62,505 nt of DNA, taken from contig PLXZ01000005.1 in assembly GCA_003151615.1 (NCBI GenBank), positions 1 through 62,505 of the forward strand, read 5' to 3'. The notes beneath the pieces were generated by a model, which was given only the letters and a program-made list of their open reading frames with translations, did no database searches and had not been told where the DNA came from. Shown here in pieces: positions 46,949 to 55,375 of the stretch (position 1 is the first letter of the stretch; each line of letters starts with the position of its first letter). A program made the translations under genes and the position numbers. The stretch comes from Candidatus Tayloriibacteriota bacterium. GTDB taxonomy: Bacteria > Patescibacteriota > Minisyncoccia > Phycocordibacterales > PALSA-1337.

Positions 46949-47812
46949 TCAATCCTTGGGTTGTGGGCGTCGCCGGACAACGACGAGTGTCGTGTCGTCC
47001 TTGAGCCGCCCATTTTCAATATTCATTTCTTTGGTCTCCCAGTTTGGCCGGGAAACCGAATTGTTGATGAGGTTGAGTCGTCGCCGAATTGCTTCGGGAT
47101 TCTTGAAGAATTGCTCGCCTTCCCAAAACTGGGACAGCGGCCCGACAAGCTCGTTTTTTTTCGAATCCAGTTGCACTGGCATTGAAAGTCCCGAGATTTT
47201 TTTAAAATCCCCGGCCCCGTCAGTGCCGATGCATGCCGATTGCAGTTCTGCCGTCGGCAAGATCCGATGAATTGCGAAGTCGCACAGTTCGGGCGAAATG
47301 TGGCTTTTGACCAAACCGCCATATACGAGATACGGAGGTTCGTTGCCGGGAAACGGACCGATGTGCGTCACTTCCCCGTTCACGGCATAGACGCCGTCGC
47401 CGACTCCGATGACAAATGTCTTTTCCGGAGTAATGACGAGGGCGAGCAGCGTGAACAGAAAATTATCAACCACGAATTGAGAGCGCGATTCGACGGCGAA
47501 GCTTTCGAGAAGCCTGGTCAGAGAAGCGATGATTTCAGCGCGCACCGATAAAAGTGCGTCCTGCAATCCCGCCTCATCAGTCCAGTCAATTCTGGAGAAC
47601 ACGCCCGCTGCGAGATGAGCGCCCAAACGGGCACCCAATTCGCTATACAAGCCGCCGCCATTACCGCCTCCGCATCCGTCCGCGACGACTGCGACAAAAC
47701 AATTGTCGCTTTCGCGCACAGTAAATGCGTCCTGGTTATTCTTCCAAACAAACGGTTTTCTGTGATCGGTGCCCACGATTGAGCCCGCCGACCACTCAAA
47801 TATTTTTTTCAT
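46949..47812 (-). CDS. PP2C-family protein phosphatase
   Basis: NQDAF, AVVADGCGGGNGG, VIGVGDGV and IGTDGAGDF. Confidence 0.8.
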   Translation of the reverse strand: MKKIFEWSAGSIVGTDHRKPFVWKNNQDAFTVRESDNCFVAVVADGCGGGNGGGLYSELGARLGAHLAAGVFSRIDWTDEAGLQDALLSVRAEIIASLTRLLESFAVESRSQFVVDNFLFTLLALVITPEKTFVIGVGDGVYAVNGEVTHIGPFPGNEPPYLVYGGLVKSHISPELCDFAIHRILPTAELQSACIGTDGAGDFKKISGLSMPVQLDSKKNELVGPLSQFWEGEQFFKNPEAIRRRLNLINNSVSRPNWETKEMNIENGRLKDDTTLVVVRRRPQPKD

Positions 47813-47954
47813 GAATTACCTTTCTTTTTTGTTGTGATTGAGAACCTATTTAACTGTCAAAAATCGGTCGTGTATCCGGGCTTTTATCTTGCGACAGAGG
47901 CCCAAAAACTAAATTCGACCTTATCACAAAATACATCTTATGTCAACAGCATGC

Positions 47955-47983
47955 TTGACAGTTTTTGCATATGTGATTAGTAT
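47955..47983 (+). promoter_or_regulatory. candidate promoter upstream of nrtR (a second, leaderless-type TACAAT box lies at 48085-48090)
   Basis: TTGACA, 17 nt, TAGTAT. Its -35 faces a TGTCAA (47941-47946) 8 nt away. Confidence 0.45.
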
Positions 47984-47989
47984 GTCATT

Positions 47990-48008
47990 TAGTGTTCTAA
48001 ATACACTA
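47990..48008. promoter_or_regulatory. dyad TAGTGTTCTAAATACACTA, candidate operator
   Basis: TAGTGT-N7-ACACTA lies just downstream of the TAGTAT box. A related TAGTTCTAAAGAACATACTA is at 49306-49325. Confidence 0.35.
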
Positions 48009-48097
48009 TATAAAAAGCTGCGGGAAAAAGCAAGTGCCCCGCAAATGTGGATAACTTTTAAACGAATATTAACCGCTCTGCCCTTACAATACATACG

Positions 48098-48778
48098 ATG
48101 CAAAATTCAAAGACAAAAGACTATTTCAATCCCGGCGTAACCGTCGACGTGGCCATTTTCACTATTGAAGACGGTAGCCTTAAAATTCTCCTTATAAAAA
48201 GAGCCAACGAGCCTTTCAAAAATAAACTCGCCCTTCCTGGCGGCTTCATTCACGAAGACGAAACGGCTCATGACACGGCATTGCGCGTGCTTGCCGACAA
48301 AGCCGGGGTCGCCGGCGTCTATATTGAACAGCTATATACATTTGACGCACCAAATCGCGATCCTCGCGGACAAATAATGTCCGTCACCTATTTTGCACTG
48401 GTACCCCGCGAAAAAATTAACATAGAGGAAGGAAGGCAGACCGAACAGCCGAAATTTATTGACGTCGAAAAAATTGCCGCTCTTTCATTCGACCATTCCG
48501 AAATACTGGCGTACGCACGGAAACGGCTTCAGGATAAAATCCAATATACGAATGTCATCTATTCCCTTCTGCCGAAGCTCTTCACCCTGTCGCAACTGCA
48601 ATCGACCTATGAAATCATCCTCGACAAAAAAATTGACAAGCGCAATTTCAGAAAAAAATTCCTCCAGCTCGGCCTGCTCGAAGCGACCGAAAAAAAATTC
48701 TCGGAAGGGCGCCAGCGCCCGGCGGTTCTATACCGCTTCAAAAAAACCGGGTTCGCGGAATTAAAGAAGTTTTTTTAG
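48098..48778 (+). CDS. nrtR: Nudix-related transcriptional regulator of NAD metabolism
   Basis: N-terminal Nudix fold with a degenerate box (PGGFIHEDETAHDTALRVLADKAGV). The C-terminal wHTH is typical of NrtR (FTLSQLQSTYEIILDKKIDKRNFRKKFLQLGLLE..RPAVLYRF). Confidence 0.85.
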   Translation: MQNSKTKDYFNPGVTVDVAIFTIEDGSLKILLIKRANEPFKNKLALPGGFIHEDETAHDTALRVLADKAGVAGVYIEQLYTFDAPNRDPRGQIMSVTYFALVPREKINIEEGRQTEQPKFIDVEKIAALSFDHSEILAYARKRLQDKIQYTNVIYSLLPKLFTLSQLQSTYEIILDKKIDKRNFRKKFLQLGLLEATEKKFSEGRQRPAVLYRFKKTGFAELKKFF

Positions 48779-48780
48779 GA

Positions 48781-48813
48781 AAATAAAAAGCGCCCACAAC
48801 TCTGGGGGCGCTT
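48781..48813 (-). terminator. intrinsic terminator after the SLOG-like gene (weaker in the plus direction for nrtR)
   Basis: Minus strand: AAGCGCCC-CCAGAGTTGT-GGGCGCTT followed by TTTATTT. Confidence 0.6.
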
Positions 48814-48834
48814 ATGAAATTTGCCTAAACTTTT

Positions 48835-49290
48835 TTAAACAAGGATTGGAAGGTCATACTCAAACACCGGCAATCCTCGCTTCTTGACCTCCTCAGTTTC
48901 GCGTAGAGATTGTTTTCCATTGCCAATCCTAACAATCAAATCAATCGATCCCAGAAAAACGGAACTTTCATCTCCCCACTCCTCGCCAATGATGAATTTA
49001 TGATCCACGGGAAAAAGCGGATGTTCGGCAGCTTTCGCGCAGGCAATGCCAGTAGTTGTCCAGTGACGCTTCACTGCTTCTTCGTAGGCGATCTTGAGGA
49101 CGCCTACATTTGTAAGCCCAGATACAACATCGATAGGCCTGCCACAATACGTAGCGACAATTTTTCCATAGGCATCCGCGATCATTTCGCGAGCGAGTTC
49201 TTCGTCGAAACGAGTCGGCGGACAATATCCGACAACACCAACAAATACCATATTAGTGTTTTGTTTTTTTAATGTAGCAAGTTGTTCCAT
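48835..49290 (-). CDS. SLOG/LOG-like Rossmann-fold protein (TIGR00725-like pattern)
   Basis: VVSGLTNVGVLKIAYEEA..TTGIACAK..GDESSVFLGSIDLIVRIGNGKQSLRETEE..LPVF. ATG 49290 is preceded by AAGGAGA and a TTGACA-16-TAGTAT promoter. Confidence 0.4.
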   Translation of the reverse strand: MEQLATLKKQNTNMVFVGVVGYCPPTRFDEELAREMIADAYGKIVATYCGRPIDVVSGLTNVGVLKIAYEEAVKRHWTTTGIACAKAAEHPLFPVDHKFIIGEEWGDESSVFLGSIDLIVRIGNGKQSLRETEEVKKRGLPVFEYDLPILV

Positions 49291-49319
49291 ATATTCTCCT
49301 TTGGTTAGTTCTAAAGAAC

Positions 49320-49347
49320 ATACTAGAGGTAAACGAACAATTGTCAA
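49320..49347 (-). promoter_or_regulatory. candidate promoter of the SLOG-like gene
   Basis: Minus strand: TTGACA, 16 nt, TAGTAT, then AAGGAGA and ATG 49290. Confidence 0.55.
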
Positions 49348-49355
49348 TATATTAT

Positions 49356-49384
49356 TTGACATATAACACAAAATAGTGTATAAG
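49356..49384 (+). promoter_or_regulatory. candidate nadE promoter
   Basis: TTGACA, 17 nt, TATAAG. The ATG is ~68 nt downstream. Confidence 0.5.
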
Positions 49385-49451
49385 TACTTCCAGTAAACTG
49401 GCCTGAAAATGGCCATAACATTGAACGTCGTCAACAGAAAAGGCAACAAAA

Positions 49452-51401
49452 ATGAAAGCGAAAAAACAAGAAAACGAAGTCAGTTTTGGATTTGTCAGAG
49501 TGGCTGCAGTGTCGCCCCGGTGCAAAGTCGCCGATGTGGCATTCAACTGCGCTGAAATCATCCGGACGGCGTGTGAAGCGCAGCGCAAAGGCGCTCAACT
49601 CATCACCTTCCCGGAACTCTGCATCACCGGCTATAGCATTCGCGACCTGGTCAGTCAGGACCTTCTCCTCCGAAAGGCGGAAGAAGCCCTGGAAAAAATC
49701 ATGACCGCATCGCGGACAATCAACGCGGTGCTCGTCGTCGGTTTGCCCATGGCAATTGACGGCATGCTCGTGAACGTGGCGGCGGTGATTGATCACGGCA
49801 CGATATTGGGACTTGTCCCGAAATCGTATCTGCCGGAATCCGGCGAGTTTGAAGAAGGCCGCTGGTATCGTCCGGGACACGACCTGCTCTGCAAAGAGGT
49901 CGAACTCGCAGGCCTTACCGTTCCGATTGGAGCGAATATGCTCTTCACTTCGAAAACACTCAAGGGCGCAACCATGGCCATTGAAATCTGTGAAGACGCG
50001 TGGGTGCCGATTCCGCCGGGAGCATTTCATGCCCTGGCCGGAGCGACCATCATCGTCAACCCGTCGGCCTCGAACGAGCTCGTCGGAAAAGCGGCGTATC
50101 GGCGGGATCTGGTGAAGGGTCACTCCTCCACCCGAATCTGCGCCTACGTTTATGCGTCATGCGGACCCGGCGAATCAACGACGGACGTCGTTTTCGGCGG
50201 ACACTGCCTGATTGCGGAAAACAATTCGATCATGGCCGAATCCGAACTCTTCGAGCGAAACGGAACGACGATCATGGCCGACATTGATGTGAAAAAAATC
50301 ATGCACGACCGCGTCATTTCGAAAAGCTTCGGCGAGAACACCCGCGTGGTAAATGCGAGTGCGTATCGGACGGTCAAAATGGACCTGCCGGATATCACTT
50401 CGGCGGACATCATGCGTTCGATCAATGTCCATCCGTTTACATCGGAAAAACCGGGCATGCAAAAATACATCGTGGATACGATCTTCGACATTCAGGTGAA
50501 TGGGCTTATCAAACGGCTCGAATACACCGGGATAAAGAAAGTTGTTCTCGGCCTCTCCGGCGGCAAAGATTCAACGCTCACCTATCTCGTTGCCATCAAG
50601 GCATTCGAGAAAATGGGGCGACCTCTCACCGACATCTACGCAATCAGCATGCCGGGACCCGGGACATCCGATGCGACGAAAGCCTTGGCCAGAAAGCTGG
50701 GCTCGGCTACGTCGTTTGAAGAAATCCCGATCGTCGGCGGCGTGGCTGAACTGCTCGAAAACATCGGGCATGACGGCTCGACGCAGGACATCACCTACGA
50801 AAATGCGCAGGCGCGTTACCGGACATACCTGCTGTTCCAAAAATGCAACCAGTTGGGTGCGCTCCTGGCCGGAACCGGCGATCTCTCGGAGATTGCCAAC
50901 GGCTACTGCACCTTCAACGGCGACCACATCAGCGGCTACAATGTAAATTGCGGGGTCCCCAAAGGCCTCGTGAAATACATGATCCTCTGTGCGATCAGCT
51001 ACTTCAAAAACGGCGCGCTGAAGGACGTCCTCACCGGCATCATGAGTCATCCGGACTCGGCCGAGCTGACGCATGCAGGCAAAGGCACCATTACGCAGGT
51101 GACCGAAGACAAAGTCGGCCCCTACGAATTGGCGGAATTCTTCCTGTATGAGTTCGTGCGCTGGGGTAGCGAGCCGAAGAGAATCCTGTATCTGGCCACC
51201 GCCGGGTTCAAGGGAAAATATTCGGAAGCTGTCGTGAAAAAGTGGCTGAAATCCTTCTACATCCGTTTCTTCAGCAACCAGTGGAAACGCTCGGTCGCCG
51301 CAGACGGACCGCAAGTCGGATCCATCTCGCTCTCCCCTCGCGGAAAATGGCGCATGCCGTCGGACGCGGAGGTTGCGATGTGGCTCGCCGAGCTGGAGTA
51401 G
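49452..51401 (+). CDS. nadE: glutamine-dependent NAD+ synthetase
   Basis: N-terminal CN-hydrolase domain (LITFPELCITGYS, AIEICEDAW) and C-terminal PP-loop synthetase (VVLGLSGGKDSTL). Confidence 0.93.
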   Translation: MKAKKQENEVSFGFVRVAAVSPRCKVADVAFNCAEIIRTACEAQRKGAQLITFPELCITGYSIRDLVSQDLLLRKAEEALEKIMTASRTINAVLVVGLPMAIDGMLVNVAAVIDHGTILGLVPKSYLPESGEFEEGRWYRPGHDLLCKEVELAGLTVPIGANMLFTSKTLKGATMAIEICEDAWVPIPPGAFHALAGATIIVNPSASNELVGKAAYRRDLVKGHSSTRICAYVYASCGPGESTTDVVFGGHCLIAENNSIMAESELFERNGTTIMADIDVKKIMHDRVISKSFGENTRVVNASAYRTVKMDLPDITSADIMRSINVHPFTSEKPGMQKYIVDTIFDIQVNGLIKRLEYTGIKKVVLGLSGGKDSTLTYLVAIKAFEKMGRPLTDIYAISMPGPGTSDATKALARKLGSATSFEEIPIVGGVAELLENIGHDGSTQDITYENAQARYRTYLLFQKCNQLGALLAGTGDLSEIANGYCTFNGDHISGYNVNCGVPKGLVKYMILCAISYFKNGALKDVLTGIMSHPDSAELTHAGKGTITQVTEDKVGPYELAEFFLYEFVRWGSEPKRILYLATAGFKGKYSEAVVKKWLKSFYIRFFSNQWKRSVAADGPQVGSISLSPRGKWRMPSDAEVAMWLAELE

Positions 51402-51438
51402 GGCGATTCGCAAAAACGAAATTGTTTACAAAAACACG

Positions 51439-51467
51439 GGCGCGGAATGAAAATTCCGCGCCTTTTT
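51439..51467 (+). terminator. intrinsic terminator after nadE
   Basis: GGCGCGGAAT-GAAA-ATTCCGCGCC followed by TTTTT. Confidence 0.8.
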
Positions 51468-51607
51468 ATATGCCACTTTTCTATATGACTTAATCATGCC
51501 GGGCCTAAACTATTGACTTTTCTATCATTATATGTTAGTTTCGATCCAGTAAATGTGTGCGATCTGAATTGCACATTAACAAACGAAAACGACAACCCAA
51601 ATACACT

Positions 51608-52879
51608 ATGCCAATCTATGTGAGACTGCGGCCTCAATGGCCCGACGAACCGATTGTTCAAAACCTGACCGACACGGATTTCTACAAATTTCCGATGGGT
51701 CAATTCATCCAGCATTTCTATCCGGATGCCGAGGTCGACTTCGCCCTCAAAAACCGGACGATATCCGTCCCGCTGGCCCGCATCATTCCCGAAGCGCGCC
51801 TGCGCGAGGAATTGGATCATGTGATGAAGCTCCGGTTCACCAATACGGAACTTCATTATCTGCGCGGCACATTCGAATATCAAAATCGGATGTTCGGGGA
51901 ACCTTATTTGGAATCCCTGAAAAACTACGCTCCCCCGCCCTACGAACTGGAATACCGCGAGGATGACATCATCCTGCGATTCCCGGGCAAATGGCGCGAT
52001 TCGACCTACTGGGAAATCTACGGTCTGGAAATCATCAACGAACTCTACTTCCGCGAATTGCTGAAGCAATATTCGACGTTCGACAAGGACGTCCTGTTTG
52101 CCGAAGGCAAAAAACGGCTGTGGGAAAAAATCCAGATTTTGAAAAAAAATCCACGGATCATGTTCAGCGAATTCGGCACCCGCCGAAGGTTCAGCCGCGA
52201 CTGGCAGGACTACGTCGTTGCGGCGCTCGCCGAAGAGCTTGCTCCGTCGCAGTTCCGGGGAACTTCAAACATTTACCTGGCGCAAAAATACGGACTGCTT
52301 CCCATGGGCACCAACGCGCATGAGCTACAGATGGCTGCCGCCGGGCTTTCGCAGGAAACTGACGAAGCCTTGCTGCGGTCGCAAACCTGCATGCTCAAAA
52401 ACTGGCAACACCAATACGGCGACGGCTTGACCATATTCCTCGCCGATACGTTCGGCACGGATTCCTTCCTGAAGCTCATCCCTGCGGACATGCTCCGCGA
52501 TTGGAAAGGCTTCCGCCAGGACTCCGGCGATCCGATTGCTGAGGGCGAACAGTGGATCAAGGCCTACGAGGCAATCGGCGTTGACCCGCGCGGAAAAATG
52601 ATGATTGCGAGCGACGGCCTCGACATCGAGACCATGCTCAAAATCGAAGAACACTTCCGCAATCGCCTGATGGTGAGCTTCGGCTGGGGCACGAACCTCA
52701 CGAACGACCTGGGATTGAAAACCCTGTCGCTCGTGATCAAGGCCCGGACTGCCAACGGCATCCCGCTCGTCAAACTGTCGAACAACCCGGCGAAAGCCAT
52801 GGGACCGGAGGACGCGATCAAACGCTACATGAAGGTGTTCGGCTACGGCGCGCACCAGGCGACCGATTGCAAATATTGA
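51608..52879 (+). CDS. pncB: nicotinate phosphoribosyltransferase
   Basis: NLTDTDFYKFPMGQF, FGTRRRFS, GTNAHE and WGTNLTNDLGLKTLSLVIKARTANGIPLVKLSNNPAKAMG, the last being a PncB-type C-terminus. Start at ATG 51608; the track start is 51557. Confidence 0.88.
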   Translation: MPIYVRLRPQWPDEPIVQNLTDTDFYKFPMGQFIQHFYPDAEVDFALKNRTISVPLARIIPEARLREELDHVMKLRFTNTELHYLRGTFEYQNRMFGEPYLESLKNYAPPPYELEYREDDIILRFPGKWRDSTYWEIYGLEIINELYFRELLKQYSTFDKDVLFAEGKKRLWEKIQILKKNPRIMFSEFGTRRRFSRDWQDYVVAALAEELAPSQFRGTSNIYLAQKYGLLPMGTNAHELQMAAAGLSQETDEALLRSQTCMLKNWQHQYGDGLTIFLADTFGTDSFLKLIPADMLRDWKGFRQDSGDPIAEGEQWIKAYEAIGVDPRGKMMIASDGLDIETMLKIEEHFRNRLMVSFGWGTNLTNDLGLKTLSLVIKARTANGIPLVKLSNNPAKAMGPEDAIKRYMKVFGYGAHQATDCKY

Positions 52880-52896
52880 GAAAGTGAAAATCCAAA

Positions 52897-52924
52897 GGCG
52901 AACGTGCAAACGTTCGCCTTTTTT
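52897..52924 (+). terminator. intrinsic terminator after pncB
   Basis: GGCGAACG-TGCAAA-CGTTCGCC followed by TTTTTT. Confidence 0.8.
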
Positions 52925-53044
52925 AATACCCATACTTCCACTCAAATACCTTGTCCCCACCGCTATTGACAAAAGCCAAAACATGTATTAAGTTAAATCC
53001 AGTTCCGAAACCGAAACAAACAAAACAAGCGTTCCTTTACAATT

Positions 53045-53971
53045 ATGAAACGTATTCCAAAACATACCCATGTCATCATTCCGACCTCGGCCGCGCGTCA
53101 TTTTTTCCCTTCGGACAATGCACCCATGCAATTGCCGGACAAGGCGCGCGTCATTATTCCAACCCCGAACAAGGAAGCTTCATACCGCTTCCCCGACGGA
53201 GAGGTTTATCTCCGAGTTTCCGGCCTCAAACATGCGAGCAAAATCACCATCGTTCACTGCGGATATCCCGACCCGAACGGCGGATTGATGGAACTTTTCA
53301 TGTTGCTAAACATCGTCAGGCTCTACAGCCACGCACGTTGGATTGAGGTGATTTTCACCGCAATTCCCTACGGCCGGCAGGACAAAGCCTACTATGAAGG
53401 CGAGCTGAACATGGCCGAAACCTTGATCAATACCTTGAACAAGCAGTATCGCGTCGCTCGTATTACGACTCTCGATGCCCATTTCGCCAACGAACGTTGG
53501 GTGAGAAAACTGACAGGGGTCGACATAGTCAACGTCAGTATGGCACGATTACTTATGGCTGTTGCAAAGACTGACCATCCGGAAATTGTGTTTATGACTC
53601 CGGACGCCGGTTCCACGCGACGCACCCACATCAAAGAGGGTGCGAAAAAACAACGTGAAAACTCCTTCAGCGTCAAAGTCGCCATGGGCGATCTGTCGGG
53701 TCGCATCAATGGAAAAATCATCGGCGTGGTGGACGACATCCTCTCGACAGGCACGACCCTCGAGAAGTTCCGCCAAGAGACGAAGCGTTTCGGCGCGAAA
53801 AAAGTATTCGCGCTCATTACCCACGGAGTCAATCCGTCGGGCATTCAACGCATCAGGGCCGTATACGACGGCCTCTACCTCACAAACACAATCAATCGTC
53901 CGGGGGAAGCAAACGTCTCGGTGGACAATGAACTCTGGAAAATCATCATGAGGAGCGTCAATGAAAAATAA
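53045..53971 (+). CDS. prs: ribose-phosphate pyrophosphokinase-like protein (divergent N-terminus)
   Basis: RFPDGEVYLRV, IPYGRQDK, TLDAHF, MTPDAGSTRR and VVDDILSTGTTL (PRPP loop). Confidence 0.75.
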   Translation: MKRIPKHTHVIIPTSAARHFFPSDNAPMQLPDKARVIIPTPNKEASYRFPDGEVYLRVSGLKHASKITIVHCGYPDPNGGLMELFMLLNIVRLYSHARWIEVIFTAIPYGRQDKAYYEGELNMAETLINTLNKQYRVARITTLDAHFANERWVRKLTGVDIVNVSMARLLMAVAKTDHPEIVFMTPDAGSTRRTHIKEGAKKQRENSFSVKVAMGDLSGRINGKIIGVVDDILSTGTTLEKFRQETKRFGAKKVFALITHGVNPSGIQRIRAVYDGLYLTNTINRPGEANVSVDNELWKIIMRSVNEK

Positions 53972-54479
53972 AACCACCGCCAATCGTCCCCAGCCGAGTT
54001 ACATCCGCCGGGGACACCAACAATCGAAATCCCGAAAGAAAATCGGCTTCGACCTTCACGGAGTCGTCGAAACAAACGCCGACTTCTTCCGGATTCTGAT
54101 GCGCGACCTCATCCGCCATGGCTGGCAGGTCCATATCATCACCGGCGGCCCGTGGAAATACATGGAAGCGGAGCTCAAAAAGCTCAACGTTCCCTTCACG
54201 CACTTCTTCTCGATCCTCGATCACCATTCGGCGATCGGGACACGAGTAGTGTGGAAAGGGAAACGCGGCTACATTGATCCGCATCTTTGGAACGAAACAA
54301 AAGCCATCTACTGCAAGGTTCACAACATAAAAATGCATTTCGACGATTCGGACATTTACGGGCTCTTTTTTCAAACGCCGTATGTCCGTTATTTTTCGAA
54401 AGACAGCGACCGGGTGCAAAAAATGCACATCGTTCCGGCCAAAGTTCCCGCAGCAAAAAAATCGAAAAAGCGGCATTGA
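53961..54479 (+). CDS. HAD-like hydrolase with a non-canonical motif I
   Basis: IGFDLHGVV (DxHG instead of DxDG), VHIITGG and MHFDDSD. It overlaps the prs 3' end by 11 nt. Confidence 0.4.
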   Translation: MKNKTTANRPQPSYIRRGHQQSKSRKKIGFDLHGVVETNADFFRILMRDLIRHGWQVHIITGGPWKYMEAELKKLNVPFTHFFSILDHHSAIGTRVVWKGKRGYIDPHLWNETKAIYCKVHNIKMHFDDSDIYGLFFQTPYVRYFSKDSDRVQKMHIVPAKVPAAKKSKKRH

Positions 54480-54501
54480 AACAAAGAAACAAATGTCCGC
54501 G

Positions 54502-54531
54502 CCGCATGCTCTCGAAGCATGCGGTTTTTTT
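54502..54531 (+). terminator. intrinsic terminator after the HAD-like gene
   Basis: CCGCATGC-TCTCGAA-GCATGCGG followed by TTTTTTT. Confidence 0.8.
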
Positions 54532-54546
54532 ATTTTCATGGACCAA

Positions 54547-54579
54547 ATAAAAAAGGATTTTCCTTACGGAAAATCCTTT
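54547..54579 (-). terminator. intrinsic terminator after the Nudix gene
   Basis: Minus strand: AAAGGATTTTCC-GTAA-GGAAAATCCTTT followed by a T-run. Confidence 0.7.
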
Positions 54580-54595
54580 ACTGAAAACGATCGAA

Positions 54596-55348
54596 TTAAA
54601 AGTAACCCTGCAAACGTGCCAACGCATATGCCGTAAAGAACTTGCCGTCGCGGGTAACCTGCGCCGCTTGTTCAAACGGAACGATCCAGAGACAGATTGA
54701 CTCGCCCTCTTCCTTGTTGCCGGTCAATTTCCCGGTAAGGGCGTCGATATCGGCCTGCGGCATGATTTTCGTAAAGAGATAAAATCTCATCGTTTCATCG
54801 CACGCACCCGGAGAAACTGCTATAGCCCTCGGAAAAGACAAAGGCCCAAGTTCGGGTATGGCGACATCCGGAGTTAAGGGAGTCAGATCATCCGGTGCAA
54901 TTATAATGCCGGTTTCCTCTTGAATCTCTTTGGCCGCGACGCCGGCGAAGTTATTGTCCCCGTCGAGCATGCCAGCGGGAATTTCAACAAGTTCCACTTC
55001 GCCTACCGGTAAACGGACTTGCTTGGTAAAGATGATGTATTTCTGATTTGTCTCCAGCGAAACAAGAAGCGGCAATACCGCTACCGAGCCTCCCCGCAGA
55101 AAAACGACGTTCGGCCTGATTTCATGATTGGGGCCGTTGAAAGCCTTGACCGACAGTTTTGCAAAAATGACATCGCCATTCGGCTTGTAATCAATCGAAG
55201 CGATGATAACAGATTGAATTGTGATTTTTTCGCTCAAGGAACGAATCCAATTGGTGAAGAGAATTGACGAAACGAATTGATCTCGTTTTGCGACATCTTC
55301 CATTCCGCCAACAAAAAAAACCCGTCCCAGCATAGTGTATAGTTTCAT
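54596..55348 (-). CDS. NUDIX hydrolase, ADP-ribose pyrophosphatase-like
   Basis: Nudix box GMLDGDNNFAGVAAKEIQEETGI with a ~100-aa N-terminal extension. It lies next to nadM. Confidence 0.7.
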   Translation of the reverse strand: MKLYTMLGRVFFVGGMEDVAKRDQFVSSILFTNWIRSLSEKITIQSVIIASIDYKPNGDVIFAKLSVKAFNGPNHEIRPNVVFLRGGSVAVLPLLVSLETNQKYIIFTKQVRLPVGEVELVEIPAGMLDGDNNFAGVAAKEIQEETGIIIAPDDLTPLTPDVAIPELGPLSFPRAIAVSPGACDETMRFYLFTKIMPQADIDALTGKLTGNKEEGESICLWIVPFEQAAQVTRDGKFFTAYALARLQGYF

Positions 55349-55375
55349 ATATTGTAAAGACCGATTGTTTCTGCG

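Noticed and set aside
45067-47551. Plus-strand ORFs of 100-318 aa opposite the kinase and PP2C genes (45591-46268, 46314-47270, 47240-47551).
   Set aside because: No motifs and an Arg-rich composition. They oppose genes with kinase and PP2C signatures and tight start/stop coupling.
51556-51595. CRP/FNR-like site AATGTG..CACATT upstream of pncB.
   Set aside because: The half-sites are separated by 14 nt rather than the 8 nt needed for a TGTGA-N6-TCACA-type site. I saw no second occurrence.
49431-52984. Long antisense ORFs opposite nadE and pncB (49431-50123, 50571-51413, 51494-52069, 52325-52984; 190-280 aa).
   Set aside because: They oppose genes with unambiguous catalytic motifs. Their products are Arg/Gly/Val-rich, as expected for reverse frames of coding DNA, and carry no motifs.
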